Of a DNA stretch of 64,000 nt, positions 56,982 through 64,000 are shown in pieces. The translations under genes were made by a program, and so were the position numbers. Numbering within the stretch: the stretch's first letter is position 1; each line of letters starts with the position of its first letter. This stretch comes from a virus. The notes beneath the pieces were generated by a model. That model was not told where the DNA came from and made no database searches. It saw only the letters and a list, made by a program, of their open reading frames with translations. The DNA is taken from positions 10,335 through 74,334 of IMG/VR virus record IMGVR_UViG_3300034198_017445, one strand, 5' to 3'.

Positions 56982-58418
56982 ATGGCTGTAGTCGAAGTTG
57001 ATCACATCGGTAAGGTTGAGCATATCGTTTTCGATTTCCCTGAGGGGCAAGGAGGCGTTCGCATCTTCACGGGCGATTCTGCCACAGGCAAGACGACGGT
57101 GCTCCGTGCGTTGCAGGCGCTCCTCGGGGACGCTGATGCGGCGCGTGGCTTGACTCCGACCGATGGTCACGACAAGGGCGAAATCGTGGGTTTGGGGCGA
57201 TCCGTTCGCATCGGGAAGAATGTACGGACGCTGGGTCACGTTCAGGTTCCGTCGCTGCGGGGGCGCTTCGATATTTCTGTGCTCGTTGATCCGGGCGTTC
57301 AGGATGCGGCTGCGAGGAAAAAGGCACGGGTTCGGTGCTTGGTCGCTTTGTCTGGTCAGACGGCATCGATCGAATCCCTCCTTGGCGAGCACTTTGAGGA
57401 GTACGGTCGCGATCTTGGTATCGACGAAGCGAACTACGATGATCCTGTCGCGCTGGCTGACGCGGTCAAGCGTGCAATCGATGCGAAGGCGTTGGAAAAA
57501 ACTCGCGAGTCGGATCGGCTGAACGGTGGCGCTGTCGCGAAAATGGGCGAGGCTGGAAACGTCGACGAGTTGGTTGAAGTCGAATCTATCGAGGTGGCGA
57601 CGGAGGCGTATAAGGAAGCTGTTCGGACGCACGATCGTCTTGAGTCGGATCGTCGCAAATGGAAAACGGCGACTGAGCACAATGCTGGCTTAGAGCCTGA
57701 AATTGCATCCCTCACGAGCGAGCTGGCTTCTATCTGTGGTCCTAGTCTTGATCCGGGGGCGATTCGTGGCGCTGCGTTGCAAGCTCTCGAAATGGTTGAT
57801 TCAGCTCGCAGGGCGTTGAAGGCTGCGGAGGAAGAATACGATCGACTGCAAGGCACCTTTGAAACTGCGCTCGGGATCAGGGCATCGATCGAACGCTTGC
57901 AGAAGGGGATGGTTGCTGTCGACTTCGACAATCCGACCGAGTTGGATATCGCTAATGCGTACCGGGAGCAGCGAGACCGGATGGAGGCGTTGCAAAGTGT
58001 TTCGAATCGGGAGCGTCGTCGCGCTGCATATGCCGAGGCTCAGTCAATGTCCGAGCAGGCAAGTGCGGCTGCGGATGCTTCGCTTCGTGCTCGGGTTGCT
58101 GCGAAGCGTGTTGTCGAGGCTGTCAATGAAATATTGCCCAGCGGGGACATAGAAATTCGCGAGAGCGAGTTGGTCGTGTTCGAGGAGTCGCGTGGTAAGC
58201 ACGTTCCGTTGGACGAGCTGTCGACCGGTCAGCGTTGGGAGATTGCCATCAAATACGCGATCCAATCGGTCGGGGTTGGTGGCGTGATTGCGCTGAGCCA
58301 GGAGTCGTGGCAAAGCATGGGCGACGTTTTGCAGGCCAGGGTTCGTGCTCTGGTTACGGCTGCAAACGTTTGGATTGTCTCGGGCAAAGTCGGTAGCGGT
58401 CCGTTGCGGGTCGAGTAA
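56982..58418 (+). CDS. SMC/Rad50-like ABC-type ATPase
   Basis: GDSATGKTT, central coiled coil, LSTGQR signature; Walker B degenerate (LSQE). Confidence 0.75.
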   Translation: MAVVEVDHIGKVEHIVFDFPEGQGGVRIFTGDSATGKTTVLRALQALLGDADAARGLTPTDGHDKGEIVGLGRSVRIGKNVRTLGHVQVPSLRGRFDISVLVDPGVQDAAARKKARVRCLVALSGQTASIESLLGEHFEEYGRDLGIDEANYDDPVALADAVKRAIDAKALEKTRESDRLNGGAVAKMGEAGNVDELVEVESIEVATEAYKEAVRTHDRLESDRRKWKTATEHNAGLEPEIASLTSELASICGPSLDPGAIRGAALQALEMVDSARRALKAAEEEYDRLQGTFETALGIRASIERLQKGMVAVDFDNPTELDIANAYREQRDRMEALQSVSNRERRRAAYAEAQSMSEQASAAADASLRARVAAKRVVEAVNEILPSGDIEIRESELVVFEESRGKHVPLDELSTGQRWEIAIKYAIQSVGVGGVIALSQESWQSMGDVLQARVRALVTAANVWIVSGKVGSGPLRVE

Positions 58419-58490
58419 ATTGAGACGCTTTGGCGTTTGGCTCGGCTTAGTAGGCAGGGGGTTGGTCGCTTGAAACTTGGAGAGATTGCT

Positions 58491-59108
58491 ATGGCTTTGA
58501 AAACGAATGAAGAAAACGGGGACGGGATCCTGTCGCTAACTCGAAAGGCTGGGGATAAGATCGTTTTCGGAAACGTCACGATCTACTTCGACAAAATCAC
58601 TGGCACACGGTGCAAGGTTCGGGTCCGATGCCCACGGGACATAAAGATCACTCGTGGCGAAGTAGAACGGCTTCCGGGTGGCGTCGACGTTGAGAACGCT
58701 GTTGCTCAGGATGAGGCAGCGGAACATGCGGCTGGTCAGTACAGCATGGCTCGATTCAGGGAGGAGCAACGCAGGAAGTTCGAGGCTGAGTACCAAGGGC
58801 GGTTTCCAGAACAATCTGCAGAACGTCGGGGGGCTGACCAACTTCGGATGCTCGATCAGGTCGCTGCTCAGAACGCGGTCCATCCTGCTTCCGTGATGTC
58901 GCGTCGCGTTGGTGACTACGAGGTTCGCGGGAATGAGTACGTTGCTTTTGCTATCAACGTAAAAAATCCGAAGGACAATCATTTCTATCACATGAGCAAT
59001 GTGCCGTCTGCGGATGACACGGCGTTTACTCGTTGCGTGCGTCGCTGTACCCCTCGGGGGCGCGACGATCATTTGGTTGGTATCGGCGAAAACGAAAGCG
59101 GTGAGTGA
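58491..59108 (+). CDS. CsrA-like RNA-binding protein with a long C-terminal extension
   Basis: LSLTRKAGDKIVFG.VTI.....RCKVRVRCPRDIKITRGEV. Confidence 0.75.
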   Translation: MALKTNEENGDGILSLTRKAGDKIVFGNVTIYFDKITGTRCKVRVRCPRDIKITRGEVERLPGGVDVENAVAQDEAAEHAAGQYSMARFREEQRRKFEAEYQGRFPEQSAERRGADQLRMLDQVAAQNAVHPASVMSRRVGDYEVRGNEYVAFAINVKNPKDNHFYHMSNVPSADDTAFTRCVRRCTPRGRDDHLVGIGENESGE

Positions 59109-60220
59109 AAGTGACCACGATTGATACTGATGTGCTCAAGAGTTTGGCTGGTCCAGTTCTGTCTGCGACCAGCAATGAGTTCTCTACCAGGAACGGATGT
59201 ATACGCATTGTCGCGTCGGGTGATTCGTTTGTGCTTGAGGGTGGAACGTTTGACACTCGGGTTAAGGCTTCGGCTGCGAATCGCGAGGGTGGTAATCTAA
59301 ATGCGTTGGTCGCAAAGGATACGCTGGTCAAGTTTCTGTCCGTCATCGATTCAAAGTTCGTCACGCTCGTGTCGGACGGGAACGACTTGGTTGTGAAATC
59401 CGGGAGTGCTGAGTGGCGATTCCCAACGTACCAGTACGATCATGGTATTGGCATCCTTCCACTTTCCGGCGACAACGTGACAAGTGTAAGCATTGAGGCT
59501 CAGTGGCTTGGTGCGGCGCTCGGTGCGGCGTTGCCAATTGCCGACAGAACGCACGAGGTTCTCAGTGGCGTTCTGGTCGAAGTGTCGGGCTGCGACGCGG
59601 CTGGCGCTTGCGTGGTGCATATCGTGGCAACTGACGGGCGTCGCATGGCTGTCACGACTGGAGTTGGTATCCAGGCGAGCTGTCCGTTCAAGGTGGTATT
59701 TCCGATGCGGGTGATCCCTCTAATCACGAGTGCGATCAAACGGTCGGTTCTAATGAACGCTTTGGTTTCCTCTAATGGAAATTCGGTCTTGCTTGAAATG
59801 GGCGAGTACCTGTTTTCATTCGCTGCGTTGGGTGGAAGGTATCCGGCGTGGCAGAACGTGATGGCGGGGGTCAAGTCAAATTCGGACGCGAGGCTGGAGT
59901 GCAAGGATGCGATGCGTCTTGCAAAGCTATCGTCGCTGTGCTCGGACGTGGAAAGTCACGCGATCGAGTTGTCTGTATCGGACGGGAAATTGTCGGCTGT
60001 CGGAAAGAGCGAGGGGGCTGGTAAGTCGTCTGCTCATGCTTCGGCTGAAACGCGAGGCGATGCTTCGGAAGCGGTCGACGGGAAGTATTTAAGAGACGCT
60101 TTGGCTTCGGTGTCGGCTGAGGACATGGTGTCGATCGAGTTTGGTGACGCTGGCATGCCGATGGCAATCCGAACCGAAAAAGGTTATTGTGCGGTGATCA
60201 TGCCAGTGAAAAAATCCTAG
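59105..60220 (+). CDS. dnaN: DNA polymerase III beta sliding clamp-like protein
   Basis: 371 aa; LSGVL, VATDGRRMA, GRYPAW, YL.DAL, VIMPV. Confidence 0.85.
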   Translation: MKVTTIDTDVLKSLAGPVLSATSNEFSTRNGCIRIVASGDSFVLEGGTFDTRVKASAANREGGNLNALVAKDTLVKFLSVIDSKFVTLVSDGNDLVVKSGSAEWRFPTYQYDHGIGILPLSGDNVTSVSIEAQWLGAALGAALPIADRTHEVLSGVLVEVSGCDAAGACVVHIVATDGRRMAVTTGVGIQASCPFKVVFPMRVIPLITSAIKRSVLMNALVSSNGNSVLLEMGEYLFSFAALGGRYPAWQNVMAGVKSNSDARLECKDAMRLAKLSSLCSDVESHAIELSVSDGKLSAVGKSEGAGKSSAHASAETRGDASEAVDGKYLRDALASVSAEDMVSIEFGDAGMPMAIRTEKGYCAVIMPVKKS

Positions 60221-60239
60221 TAGCATTGGAGTTCGGTCG

Positions 60240-60713
60240 ATGAATAAGCATGAAAAGTTGCCGGTTCTTAGCTTGTTGGTTGGTAGTCTCGTGTGCTGTT
60301 TTTTGTTGTCGGGTGCGATCTTAATCGTTCGAGATAATTTTGCTCATGCTGGCGCACAAGAAGCATCGGATGCTCAGGTGCTTGAAAGAGCCAGGGGCGA
60401 CGTCGAAGTGTGGGATGTTGACATGATCTACGCTGGTTCTAGGTTACACGGCACGGTCCGTCGAACCATTCCAAAACCGAGGAGTGCTCTTGTCGATAGC
60501 GATCTTGGCTTGATCCCTGTTCTCGGGGCGCAGACCTGGACGGTTCAGCTTGAGTACGGTGGTGTCTGGATCGTCTACGATGCGACCGGCAGTGATGTGG
60601 CTGGCGGAATGTCGCAACAGGACGCGGAGGCTGCGGCGCGGCGTTATGCGTTGTCTCACGGCATTCGCCTGGGGGAGATTCGAAAGGTCGTAGCCGACTG
60701 GGAAAAGGAGTAG
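60240..60713 (+). CDS. Membrane-anchored hypothetical protein
   Basis: N-terminal TM segment. Confidence 0.55.
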   Translation: MNKHEKLPVLSLLVGSLVCCFLLSGAILIVRDNFAHAGAQEASDAQVLERARGDVEVWDVDMIYAGSRLHGTVRRTIPKPRSALVDSDLGLIPVLGAQTWTVQLEYGGVWIVYDATGSDVAGGMSQQDAEAAARRYALSHGIRLGEIRKVVADWEKE

Positions 60714-60717
60714 CGTC

Positions 60718-60978
60718 GTGAGTAATTCCAAGTCGTCGGGATCGGGCTGTACTGTTTTTGCGCTGCTGCTGTTTGTCACGCTCGCAACGCTCAAGCTGGG
60801 AGGTGCCATCAGCCTATCGTGGTGGTGGGTAACTGCTCCGCTTTGGGGACCGTGGGCGTTGCTCGTGGTGTTTTTTGCTCTGATCGCGATTGGAGTCGGT
60901 TCGATTGCTGTGGCAGTCGGGATTGGTGCTTGCTGTCAGTTTTTGGTTGACTTTATGAAAACGGTAGGTGATCCATGA
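60718..60978 (+). CDS. Small phage membrane protein
   Basis: LKLGGAISLSWWWVTAPLWGP. Confidence 0.65.
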   Translation: MSNSKSSGSGCTVFALLLFVTLATLKLGGAISLSWWWVTAPLWGPWALLVVFFALIAIGVGSIAVAVGIGACCQFLVDFMKTVGDP

Positions 60979-61276
60979 AAAAGCCGGAATTCGATAACGA
61001 CGGCGATGCTGATCTGGTATTCGAGACGTGGTGTGTTGGTGGCGCTGCGGTTTTTGTCGTGGCGTGCTTGGTTGGCGTCGTGTGGCTTATCATTCGATGG
61101 TGTACTTGACGGCGTTCGCGCTGTCGGTTGGTGGGCGACCAGCAGCATAGCCTGCGAAACGCTGAGATAAGTTGTGAGTGCTCTCGGAGTAAGGGCCGAA
61201 AAAACCACAAACTTGACGCGAGTTGGTTCCGGGAACAACACAACAGTCGCGTCGGACTTCCGGGAAAGAACGGACG

Positions 61277-61383
61277 GGGTCGGATCGATGCGATCTGCTG
61301 CACAACGTGACCAGGGCGCGATGCGTTACATCCGTTGGAACGTAGGCAAGTCGATAAGCAGGTATCCAATCCTGCCCGATCCC
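61277..61383 (+). ncRNA. tRNA-like element 1 (acceptor stem plus T-arm-like hairpin)
   Basis: GGGTCGG pairs with CCGATCC; GCAGG-TATCCAAT-CCTGC; then a T-run. Confidence 0.45.
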
Positions 61384-61468
61384 TTTTGGAAAGCTGAGAC
61401 GCTGGTTCGATCGGCGCGGCTATAGATGAAAGTGTTTGTTTTGAATGTGCTCCTGAAAGGTGGCTACT

Positions 61469-61870
61469 ATGCGGCGTTTGACTTCGCACCGAGTGAATAA
61501 ACTAAACGAAGCCCTGGATATTCGCGTTGTCGATAATCCTGGTCAGGGCAATGCATGCCACGATTATGCGATTACGTTTGTGGACAAAAATCTTGGCGGG
61601 ATCGAACGGTCGCCGATCAGCGATAGGCATGGTCGGAACTGCATCATTTCGTTTCAGAAAGGGGATGTCGATCAGGTTGGAGTGAACGGCATCAGCCAAG
61701 AGGCGTTGCTGGCAATTGTCGAGGATCGCTTGATTGGATTTCAGTCGGGGCCGTTCGCGTGCCGTGAGAATGCTGTCGCATTGACGAAGGTACAAGAGGC
61801 GATGATGTGGCTTCGCAAGCGGACCGAAGAACGGATCGAGCGAGGCGTCGAGGGCAAGCTTGAGGCGTAA
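61469..61870 (+). CDS. Tad1-like anti-defence signal sponge
   Basis: PGQGNACHDY, ISFQKG, LLAIVEDRLIGFQSGPFACRENAVALTKVQEAMMWLRKRTEERIERGVEG. Confidence 0.82.
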   Translation: MRRLTSHRVNKLNEALDIRVVDNPGQGNACHDYAITFVDKNLGGIERSPISDRHGRNCIISFQKGDVDQVGVNGISQEALLAIVEDRLIGFQSGPFACRENAVALTKVQEAMMWLRKRTEERIERGVEGKLEA

Positions 61871-61908
61871 ACGAAAACTGAGATCAATCGGCTATTGAAA
61901 GGCGATGA

Positions 61909-62613
61909 GATGCGAAAAAAGTTTGAGATGACGGACGAGCAGTTGAAGACTCTTTTGGATTCTTGCAAGCCAACTCCTGTGATGAAGGTTGGATTTGTTT
62001 GTACTGGTCGAAGTGCTCAAGAAAACGCGAATGCAGCATGGGCTAGACTGGGTGAGCAAATGGGATTCGATCCGATGACAGTGCGACCGATCAGTGGTTC
62101 GAGCATGCAAGTATTCGAGGCGGAAGCGATCGAGCCAATCAAACCGTTCGAGCCGGTGGTATCGTTGATGATGGACAAAAGCAACGAGTTGCACGAGCTG
62201 CAATCGATATCGAGAGAGATTCGTGACGTTGTTTCCAAAGTCGGAGATATCTCGGACTGGCTGGGTGTCCATGAAAAAGAAATGCAAAGCGGCGCAGGCG
62301 AGTGCATCACGCGCCTGGATCATTCAATCGCTGAGCTTGAAGCGATCAAAGGCGTGATCGACAAAAAGGCGAGCGATCTGGAGAACGAAGTGTACGCGGA
62401 GCGTGAATCGCAATGCTCCAAGTAGAGTGCGATCAGTGCAAGCGGCGTTTTTGGGTCAAGGGGCACACAACTCCTGACTCATGGGACGAGCCTGGGGAGG
62501 TCGTTACCGAACTTGAAGTCAGCGATGAACCTTTGTGTGCCTGCCTGATGGAAGGCGGTTCGTTCGCTGTTGTTGACGAGAGCCATCCATCTTTCGATGA
62601 TGACGTTATTTAG
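61909..62613 (+). other. Two hypothetical CDSs (61909-62425, 62413-62613)
   Basis: Overlapping ORFs. Confidence 0.55.
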
Positions 62614-62626
62614 CTTTGGGGGGATC

Positions 62627-63211
62627 ATGAGTTTTGAAAACGTTCCGATCGTTCGGCTGACTGTTCAAAAGATGGCTTTTGCAATGGATCGGGCGCTAAC
62701 CGAATACGAGTGCGTCAAGGACGAGCAAATCAAGGAAGCAATCGCTAAGGCTTGTGAGCCTGCTCGAATCCAAGAGATACTTGATCATGCGTTGCGAATC
62801 GAGGTCGACCGCGCGGTCAATGAGTCTGTGAAGCAGTTCTTTGGATACGGCGATGGTCGAAAGTACATTGTTGATCGAGTGACTCAAAAGTTGAAGGAGT
62901 CGCTGAAGGAAGAACGCAAGAATTCGAATGTCGATGAGAGGGACGTGATCACTCGGGAACAATTGGATAGGCTTTCCGTTCGAGCTAGGAAGGTTTTGAT
63001 GCGGAACGAGTTCGACTTGTTTTCGCAAGTCAACGAGGACGATCTTGCGGAGTGTCGCAATTGCGGTAGCAGTACGATCATCGAGATCATGAGATGGGTG
63101 AAGAGTGAAGCGGAAATCTTGAGCAAAGGAGAACAACAGGAAACACCTAAAAGCGAGCAGGCCAACGGTGAGCCCGTCAGGGATGGCCAGGAATCCATCG
63201 AGACCGAATAA
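62627..63211 (+). CDS. Protein with a C-terminal RNA polymerase alpha-CTD-like domain
   Basis: LSVRARKVL...EDDLAECRNCGSSTIIEI. Confidence 0.65.
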   Translation: MSFENVPIVRLTVQKMAFAMDRALTEYECVKDEQIKEAIAKACEPARIQEILDHALRIEVDRAVNESVKQFFGYGDGRKYIVDRVTQKLKESLKEERKNSNVDERDVITREQLDRLSVRARKVLMRNEFDLFSQVNEDDLAECRNCGSSTIIEIMRWVKSEAEILSKGEQQETPKSEQANGEPVRDGQESIETE

Positions 63212-63419
63212 GTGGATTCTATATCGAAGTCGGAAAGCAGCGGCTATCGATGAATGTAGAGGTTTTGGGGGGCACGAAACAACCGGCGAAACGGACCTGC
63301 ATCAGCGATGTAAAGCTGCGCAGGAAACCGGTCGTGGACGCAAAATGGTTTCGGAGGCTTGGCATCCGGGGAGACGGAGGGAACGTCAGCCAGTGGCGTG
63401 ACAGCCAGAGAGAAGGCAA

Positions 63420-63547
63420 GGGTCGGCGGCGTGGTGTGCAACACGCGCAGCCTGAGGCTGTGATTCCCTGGTTCAATGAACCGACTGAAAAGCGGGATGA
63501 ATTGAATCAGTGTGAATTTGATGCAGGTTCGAATCCTGTCCGATCCA
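63420..63547 (+). ncRNA. tRNA-like element 2
   Basis: GGGTCGG/CCGATCC acceptor stem; GCGT/ACGC D-like arm; GCAGG-TTCGAAT-CCTGT T-arm; no canonical anticodon arm; T-run follows. Confidence 0.55.
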
Positions 63548-63573
63548 TTTTTTTTAATCAGTGGAGTTTGGGA

Positions 63574-64000
63574 ATGGAAAAAACGATCTATCACGGACGC
63601 TACGTTGCATCGAGCAGCGGGGCGATTTCAAACGCGGAAACTGGGCGAGTGCTTCGCGGCGGGAGAACGTCGAAGGGGTACTTGTCGGTTTGTCTCTATG
63701 ACGGGTCGAGTCCAAAGCGACCGAAGTCTTTTATGATCCATCGTCTTATCGCGGAGGCGTTCTTGGGTGATGGTGATGGCAGGCAGGTCAATCACAAGAA
63801 CGGCGATAAAACGGACAACCGTCTTGAGAATCTCGAATGGGTTACGCTTCAAGAAAACATTGATCACTCTCGGCAGGTGCTCGGCAAGACTCAGCACGGC
63901 GAGACAAATTCGCGATGTAAGATTCCTGCGGATGTGGTGGTGCAAATTCGAAAGAGGGATCGGACGGCGCGATCCTGGGCGGAAGAACTTGGTTGCAACA
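63574..64000 (+). CDS. HNH homing endonuclease (runs off the window end)
   Basis: Translated by hand: GYLSVCL...IHRLIAEAFL...VNHKNGDKTDNRLENLEWVT. Confidence 0.85.
   Translation, partial: MEKTIYHGRYVASSSGAISNAETGRVLRGGRTSKGYLSVCLYDGSSPKRPKSFMIHRLIAEAFLGDGDGRQVNHKNGDKTDNRLENLEWVTLQENIDHSRQVLGKTQHGETNSRCKIPADVVVQIRKRDRTARSWAEELGCN

Noticed and set aside
63420-63547. Canonical tRNA gene
   Set aside because: 128 nt long with no 5-bp/7-nt anticodon arm in the expected position; kept only as tRNA-like

Overview
A 64 kb stretch of a tailed dsDNA phage genome; the host is probably a planctomycete (inference). Essentially all real genes are on the + strand. 1-20 kb holds virion, tail and lysis genes, interrupted by a CarF/TMEM189-like lipid desaturase and an ADP-ribosylglycohydrolase. 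It also has a Cys-rich tail protein beside an Erv1/Alr-like oxidase, and an intein-split papain-like peptidase. 20-42 kb holds a repeat-rich non-coding control region, then early/replication genes (Ycf46-like AAA ATPase module, RecE-like nuclease, ERF, helicase, RusA, ECF-like sigma factor, DNA methylase) and the terminase. 42-64 kb holds many small early genes, CsrA-like, beta-clamp, Tad1-like and HNH genes. The main result is a Cas12m (type V-M)/TnpB-like gene with a degenerate RuvC (46010-47758). Directly after it lies a cryptic array of 26 28-nt units, and an orphan array of 7 more lies at 30041-30343. The units differ in sequence but keep one fold: a 6-bp stem plus a 3-bp pseudoknot, both with compensatory changes. 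This looks like a phage RNA-guided DNA-binding/silencing system that standard CRISPR finders would probably miss. Family assignments come from motifs recognised by eye, not from database searches.
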